The notes beneath the pieces were generated by a model. That model was not told where the DNA came from. It saw nothing but the letters and a program-made list of their open reading frames with translations, and ran no database searches. The position numbers and the translations under genes are program-made. A DNA stretch of 64,000 bases from Promethearchaeia archaeon. GTDB lineage: Archaea; Asgardarchaeota; Lokiarchaeia; Sigyniarchaeales; SOKP01. Below are positions 20,764 through 30,220 of the stretch, one piece after another. Where the stretch lies: NCBI GenBank assembly GCA_029856155.1, contig JAHQWL010000070.1, forward strand, positions 1-64,000, given 5' to 3'. Numbering within the stretch: position 1 is the first letter of the stretch; each line of letters begins with the position of its first letter.

Positions 20764-23700
20764 ATGAGGAAGATAAAAAAAAGTATAAAACTATTAATCC
20801 CTACTGTCATTTTTGTCACATATTTCCTTATTCCATTTATTGGGATACAATTAAATAGCTCAGATCCTTATAATCCAAATTCTAATAATACCGTTAAAAT
20901 GGATTTATCACCTACTTCTTTTGACACACAAATTAGTTCAAATGATATAGTTCTAGAGGATCATTCAGAAAAAGAAAATTCTAAGTTTGATACTTATCTT
21001 GAAGAATTCTTATTAAATATCACTCTAACTAAAGTTAGTAATCCAAAAGAGATCAAAATAATTGTCCATTTTGAGGATTCTATATCAAAAGAAGAAAGAG
21101 TTGATATCATAGATTCTGTTTTTAATGATTACGATTTAGTAACAAATTATGATATTATTTCCGCAATTTATTTAAAAATTAATCCAAATCAGTTAATTGA
21201 AAAAGAAAATTTAATTGAAAGCAATCTCGCGATAACCAAAATTTACAAATCGAGAGTATTTCAATATCCTTATATTCAGGAAGATAATCTACAAATAAGT
21301 GCTTTAGAAGAAGATAATTATCCTAATTGGTGGCTTTCTGCAATTGGAGCAGAAGATCTAGCATATGATGGAACGGGTGTGAAAGTGGCTGTAATTGATA
21401 CTGGAATTTACGCTCATCCAGATTTGACTATTGTTAATAATCGTAATTTTGTTACTGATGAGCTAGCATCAAATTTTAATGATGATATTGGACATGGTAC
21501 CCACGTAGCTGGAATAATTGCCGGTGATGGAGGAGCATCATCGGGGAAATACCGTGGTGTTGCTCCAGGAGTCCTTTTAATCAATGCAAGAGCTGGAAAT
21601 GCAAGTGGACTGAGCGATGTTGATATAATAAGCGCTATTCAATGGAGTTCTAAACCTACAAGTGAGGGTGGTGCTGGAGCTGATATCATTTCGATGAGTT
21701 TTGGTGGAGGTTATCCAATTATTTCAGATTCAATAACAGATGCAATTTCAACAGCTAACAAGGATTATGGTGTTATTTTTGTATCATCTGCAGGTAATTC
21801 TGGTCAGGATTACTTTACGGGATCTACTCCTGCTTCTGGTGTGGATGTAATTGCTGTAGGTGCGACAGATAAAGATAATGAACTAGCCTCTTTTAGTAGT
21901 TGGGGACCCACATTTAATTATATAGGTTACCCTGATGTCGTTGCTCCTGGTATTGACATTATCTCAGCGGAGTCATTGAATTCTGTTATTTCCGACGAAA
22001 AACGGTATAAAGGAGATTATTTCGATTTTCCCGGAAATGGAGATTATATTCCATTAAGTGGAACAAGTATGTCCTGTCCTATTGTTGCTGGAGCTTTAGC
22101 AATTTTATTAGAAGCTTATCCTAATATTACTCCTGAAACTGCTAGGATTGCTTTGTTAGAAGGAGCAAAAAAACTTGAAGATGAAAATAATGATGACATT
22201 CTTAAGTCTGGAGAGGGAATAATAAATGTTACTGCCTCTCTTAATTATTTAAACAGTATTTCTCCCGACTATAATAATACAGCAAAATTGTATCCGGATG
22301 ATCTTCCCGTTAAACCATACGATTTATTACACTTTCCAGGAGATCACCAAAAATTTAATTTAACAATAATTTCAGGAGAGAGTAATACAATTGATATAGA
22401 AATTCCAGATAATATTCAAGGTGTATCCCTTTCCATAGATAAGTCAAATATAAACTTCTCTGAAGCGGGAATTGGTTTTATAGAACTTGATATTCAAATA
22501 GATAAGGATGCTTTTCCGGGAGTAAGAAATTTCCATATTAATCTTACAGTTGAAGGTCAAATATATGATACAGCAGAAGTTACATTAGATATTCGATTCC
22601 CAGAATATCGGATATTAATGGAATCGTTTCATGGATTAAATGATTGGTTTCCAGATCCATTTTATTCATTTTATCAGATGGGTTTTTATGAAGCTATGGA
22701 AGATCTTTCTGAATTAAATATTTCAATTGATTATGGCATGGAATATTGGACTCCAAATTACAACAAGAATTTAAATAATTCAATATTAACAGAAGAAAGG
22801 TTAGCGCAATATGATCTTGTATTATTACAGACCCCAATACTCCCATATAGCCCATTGGAAATAAAAAATTTAGAAAATTATTTTGATAAGGGAGGTAATC
22901 TATTATTTTTGGGTACAAGATATCAAGATATGGTGATAGAAAATATTAATTATTTATTCTCGAGATTGGGAGTAGATATTCAAATTAATGAAGAAAATGT
23001 AATGAATGATGAGTGGTTAGGAATTGGAATTAGCTTAGATTCTCAAAGTGTGAATGAATTTGATAATCCCGAGATTTTTAAGGGTGTTACCCAATTCTAT
23101 TGGCAATATGGCAATAGTTTTAGCGTTTCTACAAATGGAGAATCAATTGCTACAATCAATAGCACAACTGTTGCAGCTATGTTTAACGGGACCTCACAAG
23201 GGAAAGGACGATTCTTAGCTTTTGGAGATTTACATTGGATATTTAATGAATATAAATCATCATCATATTCTCAAGATCATTTTAAATTGTTGAAGAATGT
23301 CATCGAATATCTTATACCTAAAGAAGATGTATCTATTAATATTGATTTAACTAAAGATCGCATTTCGGACCCTGAGATTGGCTTATCTATTTATTTAAAA
23401 AATCAAACCTCCGAATCCCCTATAACCGAATCTGAATATAATTCTTTAGAGGTAACTATTTCAAATTCATCTTTACCTAAACAAATCTTATTAAATACTA
23501 CGTTTTCAGATAATGGAATCTATTTTAATACTTCATATAATCTTCCATATCCCAGTTATACACCTTATACTATCGAAGTAAATTTAACAATTGGAACTGA
23601 AAATTATATTAAAACTACGAAAATTCTCTTTTTTAAACAAAGCGAAGTTCCACAGATCATTGATCTAACCAGTGATCTCCCTAGCAATGATCTTTCTATT

Positions 23701-24771
23701 ACAAGAGCAATTGGAGATTCAACATATTTAATAGCTGAGTTGGATGGTTCTTCGTACAATGTAGAAGGTTATTTATCAATTTATTCTTATTCCTTCTATA
23801 ATACAAAAGAATCTGTAAATAAAACTTTAGCATTTAGTTATTCTTCGCCTAATCATGCTTATAGGAATAATTTTAACCCAATTAGTATCGATCCTTCAGG
23901 TTATGCAATTTATTACATAATTCCGTCCTATTCAAATTATATTAACCCAAATTCACCTAGATATGCATTTACAATTATCAATAATAATCCTGAAATTTTA
24001 AAAGTAACTTCTACATTCAATTATGGTGGAAATTCTGACATTAGCTTTGACGATACGGAATCTGATGATGGCTCCTTGGTCTATTCAGCGACTCAAGGAA
24101 ATACATTTAATTTTGAAATTGATGTATCGGACTTAGAAGAAACTGATAAATCTAATTTAAGAGTGTTTGTAAATTTATTTATCTGCTCAGTAACTAGTGA
24201 TAATTTCATCATGCTAATTTCTCCAAAAACCATCGAAGTAGCTGAATTGAACTATCAATTTTTATTGAATAAATTTGAAGGATCCTTTATTATACCGGAT
24301 ACAATGCAATATAGCTCTATTGCTGGAACTAAATCAATATCAACAGCTGCTGGTTTTGACACTAATACTAATAGAGGTTATCTGGGTATTCTTCTCATCA
24401 CAGTTTATGATAGTGAAGGTGGATATGATGATTTTATAATTATTTTGATTATTTCTCAAAGACCAGTAGATTATTCCCTTATTATCATAATTGTAGTTTC
24501 AATAGTTGCTCTACTAGGAGTTATGAGTATGATATTGTATTACGCAAGAAGGAAAAAATATCCAAGAGTTACTCAGACTCAACCATCATTTCAAGAATAC
24601 TATTACCGCCCATCCTATGACGAACCAGAAGAAAAGTCATATATAACTCCTGAACCCTTATCTCAACTAGGACAATTTTATTGTCCTTTCTGTGGACAAT
24701 TAGTTGCAACACCAAAAAAATTCTGTCCCCATTGTGGCGAATCACTTATGTTTAATGAAGAAGATCAATGA
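20764..24771 (+). CDS. Membrane-anchored S8 subtilase with GATase-like domain, TM and C-terminal Zn ribbon
   Basis: VIDTGI, HGTHVAGII, SAGNSG, SGTSMSCP; TM near the C-terminus; CPFCG...CPHCG. Confidence 0.93.
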   Translation: MRKIKKSIKLLIPTVIFVTYFLIPFIGIQLNSSDPYNPNSNNTVKMDLSPTSFDTQISSNDIVLEDHSEKENSKFDTYLEEFLLNITLTKVSNPKEIKIIVHFEDSISKEERVDIIDSVFNDYDLVTNYDIISAIYLKINPNQLIEKENLIESNLAITKIYKSRVFQYPYIQEDNLQISALEEDNYPNWWLSAIGAEDLAYDGTGVKVAVIDTGIYAHPDLTIVNNRNFVTDELASNFNDDIGHGTHVAGIIAGDGGASSGKYRGVAPGVLLINARAGNASGLSDVDIISAIQWSSKPTSEGGAGADIISMSFGGGYPIISDSITDAISTANKDYGVIFVSSAGNSGQDYFTGSTPASGVDVIAVGATDKDNELASFSSWGPTFNYIGYPDVVAPGIDIISAESLNSVISDEKRYKGDYFDFPGNGDYIPLSGTSMSCPIVAGALAILLEAYPNITPETARIALLEGAKKLEDENNDDILKSGEGIINVTASLNYLNSISPDYNNTAKLYPDDLPVKPYDLLHFPGDHQKFNLTIISGESNTIDIEIPDNIQGVSLSIDKSNINFSEAGIGFIELDIQIDKDAFPGVRNFHINLTVEGQIYDTAEVTLDIRFPEYRILMESFHGLNDWFPDPFYSFYQMGFYEAMEDLSELNISIDYGMEYWTPNYNKNLNNSILTEERLAQYDLVLLQTPILPYSPLEIKNLENYFDKGGNLLFLGTRYQDMVIENINYLFSRLGVDIQINEENVMNDEWLGIGISLDSQSVNEFDNPEIFKGVTQFYWQYGNSFSVSTNGESIATINSTTVAAMFNGTSQGKGRFLAFGDLHWIFNEYKSSSYSQDHFKLLKNVIEYLIPKEDVSINIDLTKDRISDPEIGLSIYLKNQTSESPITESEYNSLEVTISNSSLPKQILLNTTFSDNGIYFNTSYNLPYPSYTPYTIEVNLTIGTENYIKTTKILFFKQSEVPQIIDLTSDLPSNDLSITRAIGDSTYLIAELDGSSYNVEGYLSIYSYSFYNTKESVNKTLAFSYSSPNHAYRNNFNPISIDPSGYAIYYIIPSYSNYINPNSPRYAFTIINNNPEILKVTSTFNYGGNSDISFDDTESDDGSLVYSATQGNTFNFEIDVSDLEETDKSNLRVFVNLFICSVTSDNFIMLISPKTIEVAELNYQFLLNKFEGSFIIPDTMQYSSIAGTKSISTAAGFDTNTNRGYLGILLITVYDSEGGYDDFIIILIISQRPVDYSLIIIIVVSIVALLGVMSMILYYARRKKYPRVTQTQPSFQEYYYRPSYDEPEEKSYITPEPLSQLGQFYCPFCGQLVATPKKFCPHCGESLMFNEEDQ

Positions 24772-24800
24772 ATTAATATTCTTAAAAGAGTGTATTTTCT

Positions 24801-25520
24801 TCATTTTTTATTTAATATTAAAACTTTCCCATCGCGATCTCCTATGTAAGCCTTAGTTGTCATTCCAATAAATAAACCTGTGTCAACTACTCCAGGAATA
24901 AATAGAATTTTTTCATCTAATTCTTTTGGATTACTAATTTCCCCAAAATCTACATCTATAATAAAATTTCCATTATCCGTAATTAAAGGACCACTCTTTG
25001 ACTTAGCCATTCGAAGTTTAGGATTTCCACCTAATTCTTTTAATTTCATCATAATTGGAAAATAAGCCATTGGAATAACTTCAACAGGAACTCCGTGTTT
25101 CCAATTCATACCTAATTTCTCAGATTTTTTCCTAAAATCTGCTATAATAATAAGCTTTTTTGAATTTGAAGCAATTATTTTCTCTTGTACTAGACAACCC
25201 CCTCCACCTTTAATTAAGTTGAGATCTTTATCTATTTCATCTGCGCCATCAATATCAACATCAATTTCTGGATAACGTTCTAAAGAAACTAACTCTAATC
25301 CATTCTGTATTATTAATTGAGAAGATTGAAATGAGCTTGGAATGCATTTCAAATTTAAATCCTTTTCTTTGTTTATTTCGCCTAATCTTTTTACAGCATA
25401 CACAATAGTCGATCCACTTCCTATACCGATAATCATATTTTCTTTAACATTTTTTTCTATAGCTTTTATAGCAGCGTTCTTCTTTCCCAGTTCAATTAAT
25501 TCTTCTGTCAAAATTATCAC
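24801..25520 (-). CDS. rpiA: Ribose-5-phosphate isomerase A
   Basis: GIGSGST, DGADE, KGGGG..EK, TDNGN. Confidence 0.96.
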   Translation of the reverse strand: MIILTEELIELGKKNAAIKAIEKNVKENMIIGIGSGSTIVYAVKRLGEINKEKDLNLKCIPSSFQSSQLIIQNGLELVSLERYPEIDVDIDGADEIDKDLNLIKGGGGCLVQEKIIASNSKKLIIIADFRKKSEKLGMNWKHGVPVEVIPMAYFPIMMKLKELGGNPKLRMAKSKSGPLITDNGNFIIDVDFGEISNPKELDEKILFIPGVVDTGLFIGMTTKAYIGDRDGKVLILNKK

Positions 25521-25527
25521 TTTAAGA

Positions 25528-25935
25528 TTATTTTTTTAAAAGATCCAAAATCCTAATTGCCAAATATGCAGCATTTTCACCTCTATCAATGCCAACTGTC
25601 GCAACGGGAACTCCTGGAGGCATTTGAACAATAGATAACAATGCATCCAAACCACCTAATTTAGAACTTACTGGAACTCCTATAACTGGTTTACTTGTCT
25701 TCGAGGCGATTACTCCTGGTAAAGCAGCAGAAAGTCCAGCAACTGCTATATAAATTAACGAATCACAATTCTTAAGATAATTATCTAATTTTTCAGGATC
25801 TCTGTGTGCGGATATAACCTTTGACTCGTATGAAATATTATTTTCCCTTAAAATCTTTTCTGCTTTCTCGTATACTAATTTATCAGAAGTACTACCCGCA
25901 ATAATTGAAACTAAAGTTTTATTAGCACTTGACAT
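25528..25935 (-). CDS. purE: AIR carboxylase/N5-CAIR mutase PurE
   Basis: [37 protein letters not shown]. Confidence 0.95.
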   Translation of the reverse strand: MSSANKTLVSIIAGSTSDKLVYEKAEKILRENNISYESKVISAHRDPEKLDNYLKNCDSLIYIAVAGLSAALPGVIASKTSKPVIGVPVSSKLGGLDALLSIVQMPPGVPVATVGIDRGENAAYLAIRILDLLKK

Positions 25936-26095
25936 AATTAATCTAACCCATCGAAAAATAAAAAGTATTTTAATAGGTTCTTAATATTTGTAATAAATTT
26001 GCTATAAAGGAAAGTTTTATTATTTTTTTTTAATTTCATAAATTAACATTCAATATTAGAAAATTAATTTAAAAAAAGTATAGAGGGATATTTAA

Positions 26096-27379
26096 ATGGA
26101 AATGAAAGAAGTTTGGTTAATAGATTATGCTAGAACTGCATTTTCTCGTTCAAGACCAAAACAACCAGAAAGAGATGTTTTTGGTGAAATTCGTGGCGAT
26201 GAACTTTTAGCTAAACTGCTAATGAAATTTTTTGATGAAAAACTTGCTGATAAAGGAATCAAAAAGGAAGAGATTGATGAGTTCACTGTAGGTACTGCAA
26301 TGGGTGTATATGAAGCCTGGACATATGGAGGACGATTACCATTATTTCTAGCAAACTTCCCTGATTTTGTTCCCGCTTTGTTCGTAGATCGTCAATGTGG
26401 TTCAGCCGGCTCGGGAATGCATGTGGGTATTATGGAAATTATGACGGGTCATAGTAAAATTTGTTTAGGAGGAGGTGTAGAACACATGACTAGAATTCCC
26501 ATGCAGAATGATTGGATTCGTCCAAACCTAGCAATGATTAACAAAAAGAGTGAATGGTATAGGCCTCAATATGATTTGATGACTACAATTAATATGATTC
26601 AAACAGCACAAAAGCTTTATGAGCAAGAAATACCTGCTTTCACAAAGGAAGATCTGGATAAATTTGGAGTCAGAGCTCATAATCTAACGGTTGAAAATCA
26701 AGAAAAGGGTTGGTTTAAGGGTGAAATCATCCCTATTGAGGGTCATGTTGAAGGAAATGTTGAAGAACCACTAATGGTAGATAAAGATATGGCAGCAAGA
26801 AAATCTACATTAGAAAGAGTTGCTCAATTACCTAGATTATCAAAACCCTTTTATTTAAAAAAGAATGGTGGTAGAGAGGGGTATGTTGAACGTGAAGGAA
26901 CAAAAGATGGAGTAATTACTCCTGGAAACTCTTCACCCCTAAATGCTGGGGCTACTACATGCTTAATTATGGAAGCAGAAGAAGCGAAAAAGAGAGGACT
27001 TGAACCATTGGCTAGAATTGTATCAATTGGTTGGGCGGCTGTAGATCCATCAGTTATGGGAAGAGGACCAGTTCCCGCCACTCAAAAAGCATTAGAATAT
27101 GCGGGAATGACTGCAGATGATATAGATTATTGGGAAATTAATGAAGCATTCACAATAGTAACTCTTAACTGTATGAAAGAATTCAATATTCCGGAAGAAA
27201 AAGTTAATGTAATGGGTGGATCTACTGCAATTGGACATCCTTTAGGTGCCACAATGATAAGACTGCCAGGTACTCTTGCTCGCATCTTAAAAGACAAAAA
27301 AGCTAAATATGGTGTTGCAAATGCTTGTTGCGGTGGTGGGCAAGGTGTTGCAACTATATTAGAAAATTTAGATGCCTGA
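26096..27379 (+). CDS. Acetyl-CoA C-acyltransferase (thiolase)
   Basis: RQCGS, NEAF, GHPLGA, CCGGGQG. Confidence 0.95.
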   Translation: MEMKEVWLIDYARTAFSRSRPKQPERDVFGEIRGDELLAKLLMKFFDEKLADKGIKKEEIDEFTVGTAMGVYEAWTYGGRLPLFLANFPDFVPALFVDRQCGSAGSGMHVGIMEIMTGHSKICLGGGVEHMTRIPMQNDWIRPNLAMINKKSEWYRPQYDLMTTINMIQTAQKLYEQEIPAFTKEDLDKFGVRAHNLTVENQEKGWFKGEIIPIEGHVEGNVEEPLMVDKDMAARKSTLERVAQLPRLSKPFYLKKNGGREGYVEREGTKDGVITPGNSSPLNAGATTCLIMEAEEAKKRGLEPLARIVSIGWAAVDPSVMGRGPVPATQKALEYAGMTADDIDYWEINEAFTIVTLNCMKEFNIPEEKVNVMGGSTAIGHPLGATMIRLPGTLARILKDKKAKYGVANACCGGGQGVATILENLDA

Positions 27380-27490
27380 AATCTCAAAAACATTAATTTA
27401 AAAAAACTTTTTTTTTTTTTCTCTACCATTATTCAATATTGATTTTATTAGGGCTTCAATTGTGAAGTCTTTTCTATTTTTATGTTTTCT

Positions 27491-27506
27491 GCGAAATATT
27501 TAAATA
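27491..27506 (+). promoter_or_regulatory. Putative BRE/TATA box for the dodecin gene
   Basis: GCGAAA followed by TTTAAATA (27499-27506); SD-like GAGTGA at 27562-27567 precedes ATG 27574. Confidence 0.45.
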
Positions 27507-27573
27507 CTAACCTTGAACATATAAAGATCACAATCTAAATAAAAAATTTTCAAAAATTTGAGAGTGATATAAT

Positions 27574-27811
27574 ATGACGGTTTATAAAAGTATTCAGTTA
27601 GTTGGAAAATTATACTAAATATCTTAGTATATCCAAAACCTCTGACAAGAATTGGGCTGATGCTGTTAAGAATTGTTATGATGAAGCTAAAAAATCTCTA
27701 CGGGGCATTAGGAATATTCAAGTAATTGAATCTGATGTTAAGGTAAAAGAAGATATTGACAAGTTGATTTACAGGGTCAGAGTCCAAGTAAATTTCCAAC
27801 TAGAAAGATAA
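27574..27811 (+). CDS. Dodecin family protein split by a 31-nt insert (exons 27574-27607 and 27639-27811)
   Basis: Joined exons give 68 aa: MTVYKSIQLVGTSDKNWADAVKNCYDEAKKSLRGIRNIQVIESDVKVKEDIDKLIYRVRVQVNFQLER, with the dodecin YKxIxLVGTS motif. Confidence 0.85.
27608..27638 (+). other. Candidate bulge-helix-bulge (BHB) intron in mRNA
   Basis: 4-bp helix TTGG/CCAA, 3-nt bulges AAA and AAC, internal 8-bp hairpin TATACTAA/TTAGTATA; canonical cleavage restores the frame. Confidence 0.75.
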
Positions 27812-28084
27812 AATTTCAAAATATTTCTTATTTTTTTCTTTTTTGTTTATTTTTTAAACAACAAGGAAATAACATAATCCCGGGGTATAATATCTTTATC
27901 CTAATTAGTATAATTAATTCAATATTAGCATTCTTAATTATTCAAAGATATAAAATTCAAATCAAACTTAGAAATGAATAATTTTTTAACTTTAATGATT
28001 AATTCATTTTTTTTTATTTTATTGCTAAAATTTTAAATATTACGAGTTCTATTTAGATTTTAATAAATTCAAGAGAGGGTAATT

Positions 28085-28213
28085 ATGTTTCAGTCAGACA
28101 TTATAGGAGAAATATTTTCTGATCCACGTGTGCTTCAATATATAATTGGGGGGATAATTTTAATAATAGTTTTTATATTATGTTATTCATTACATAGAAA
28201 GCTAACAAATTAA
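28085..28213 (+). CDS. Small single-TM protein (42 aa)
   Basis: MFQSDIIGEIFSDPRVLQYIIGGIILIIVFILCYSLHRKLTN*; purine-rich GAGAGGG upstream; below the track cutoff. Confidence 0.6.
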   Translation: MFQSDIIGEIFSDPRVLQYIIGGIILIIVFILCYSLHRKLTN

Positions 28214-28237
28214 AATTAAATAAAATGTTATATAATT

Positions 28238-28774
28238 TCAATCAATTCTTATTCTTTTTATCTGGTCTAGCTTTTGTCTTATTTGAGATTGCGCCGCTAA
28301 CGCATAGGAAAAATTAGGATCAATTTCTAAGGCTTTCCCATAGTAGATCAGAGCTTCCTCGTACAATTCCATCTCTTCATATATTAAACCCAAATTATAT
28401 AAAGAATATTTATAATCTGGCTTAATTTTTAGGGCAGTTTCAAAAGAAACCTTAGCTCTTTCTATTTGACATAGATTGAAATAAGCAATGCCTAAATTAT
28501 AATGAGCTCTATAATTATTTGGACTCAGATCCGTTATTCTTTTAAATAATTGTTTTGCTTTGTCATATCCTTGAGTATAAACATCATTGAGATATCCACC
28601 ATAATCAAATAAAGTTTCAATTAAAAATTTTTTAACTTCTTCAGAATTGGGATTGATTTTATATAATTCATCTAAAATTTCTAAAGCTTCATCAAACTTT
28701 TCTTGATTTTTTAAAATTTTCGCTTTTTCAATTATGTCCTTAGTGTTATTACAACCTTCCATAGAAACATTCAC
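28238..28774 (-). CDS. TPR-repeat protein
   Basis: AHYNLGIAY...ALKIKP and YNLGLIY...ALEIDP repeats. Confidence 0.9.
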   Translation of the reverse strand: MNVSMEGCNNTKDIIEKAKILKNQEKFDEALEILDELYKINPNSEEVKKFLIETLFDYGGYLNDVYTQGYDKAKQLFKRITDLSPNNYRAHYNLGIAYFNLCQIERAKVSFETALKIKPDYKYSLYNLGLIYEEMELYEEALIYYGKALEIDPNFSYALAAQSQIRQKLDQIKRIRID

Positions 28775-28811
28775 AATCTTTTGAATAAATTAGAAGAGAT
28801 TAATCTCTAAT

Positions 28812-29276
28812 CTATATCTCACTTTCATACCAGATATATTTTGACTTCTTTATTCCTAATTTTAAAAATAAGCTTCTTAAAGCTCCATCCTCATCCGGAC
28901 ATATAAAGTGAACTTTATCAATTTTTAAGGATCTTTTGATATATAATTGAAGCTCCCGTATTACTTTTTCTTCAATTCCTCTTTTAAAGGAATCTTCTTT
29001 TTTAGTTAAGACTTGATGAACTAAAACTCTATCATTACCTAAATAGTCTCGAAATAATGTATAGGTTCCAAAACCTATGATTTTTCCATCCTCTTTCGCT
29101 ACAACCATTGAATTTCTGTATTGAAGGTCAAGACTCCTTCGATTCAACTCATCCTCAAATTTATCCCAATGGGAGAAGAAATAAGATTTATTCTCAATAA
29201 AATCTTTAAAGATTTCCTTCAATACTTCTTTGTCCACTCTTGGGTCATACCTATCAATAATAATCAAATTTTTCAC
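28812..29276 (-). CDS. GNAT-fold protein
   Basis: VVAKEDGKIIGFG, degenerate KRGIE motif A, LFLKLG. Confidence 0.6.
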   Translation of the reverse strand: MKNLIIIDRYDPRVDKEVLKEIFKDFIENKSYFFSHWDKFEDELNRRSLDLQYRNSMVVAKEDGKIIGFGTYTLFRDYLGNDRVLVHQVLTKKEDSFKRGIEEKVIRELQLYIKRSLKIDKVHFICPDEDGALRSLFLKLGIKKSKYIWYESEI

Positions 29277-29360
29277 CGTAGGAAATAGATATTTAACAAA
29301 ATATCTATTCTTTAATAAAAATTATTTTTTAAAACTTAGAATTATTCTAATTGATATAAT

Positions 29361-29876
29361 ATGAACCAAAAAAATGATGAAAAAATCGTCTCGATTCCTT
29401 TAAAAAAATTGAGAGAAAATACAATAGTTCCACAACCATCAAAATTAGGAGATGCAGGTGCTGATGCTCGAATCATGGGTTTTAAAAAAATAATTCATGA
29501 AAATGATAAAAAAGAATTAATTGAAGTTGATGAAGATAATTATGCATTAAAACCTCTTGAAAGAATCGGATGTCCATTAGGTTTTTCAACAGCCATACCT
29601 GAGGGATATTATTTTAAAGTTGTTCCTCGAAGTGGGTTAGCTTTGTGGGATGGACTGTCTATTGTGAATTCTCCCGGTACAATTGATTCAGGATATCGAA
29701 ATGAGTGGATGGCCATAATAGTCAATCTTTCGAATAAGGAAGTAATTTTAAAAAAGGGAGACCGTATTTGCCAAATTATCTTATGTAAGATTCATGAATA
29801 TGAATTTAAAGAAACTAGTATTTTACCGGAGTCAGAAAGAGGATTAAGCGGTTTTGGTTCTACTGGTAAGACATAA
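29361..29876 (+). CDS. dut: Trimeric dUTP diphosphatase
   Basis: AGAD, PRSGLA, GTIDSGYR, GDRICQ, RGLSGFGSTG. Confidence 0.95.
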   Translation: MNQKNDEKIVSIPLKKLRENTIVPQPSKLGDAGADARIMGFKKIIHENDKKELIEVDEDNYALKPLERIGCPLGFSTAIPEGYYFKVVPRSGLALWDGLSIVNSPGTIDSGYRNEWMAIIVNLSNKEVILKKGDRICQIILCKIHEYEFKETSILPESERGLSGFGSTGKT

Positions 29877-29923
29877 ATTTATAAATTCATAATTAATTAC
29901 ATTCTCAATTATACGTTAAGGTA

Positions 29924-30127
29924 TTGATTATTTTGGAACTTTCTCATGAAGAAAAATTCATTGTAGCAAAACTTAAAGAAAATGAAGGTAAGTTAAATTA
30001 CAAAGAATTACAAACACTTTGCCAAGATGAATTCGAAGGAGTAAGATTGATTTTAAAAAAATTAAAAGAGAAAGGAATAGTTGAATATGATGGAATGATT
30101 CCCGGATTTTCTGCTGAAATTGAGTGA
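29924..30127 (+). CDS. Small winged-helix protein (true C-terminus uncertain)
   Basis: LNYKELQ...VRLILKKLKEKGIV pattern. Confidence 0.6.
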   Translation: MIILELSHEEKFIVAKLKENEGKLNYKELQTLCQDEFEGVRLILKKLKEKGIVEYDGMIPGFSAEIE

Positions 30128-30220
30128 TTGCGAGATAATGAAGTTTCATAAATTTTTCAATCGTAACCCTTATGTTCTTTTTTTAATTTTCTTTAATAGT
30201 ATTTTGGTTCAAAATATACT

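Noticed and set aside
27602-27811. Track ORF starting at TTG (MENYTKYLSISK...) as the true dodecin
   Set aside because: It lacks the conserved YKxIxLVG strand, which is encoded upstream from ATG 27574 with a plausible SD. Kept only as the alternative hypothesis.
30125-30151. TGA as selenocysteine/readthrough (EIE-U-LRDNEVS*)
   Set aside because: No redox motif and no recognisable SECIS; a 1-nt deletion (giving EIELIAR*) or a true stop is simpler.
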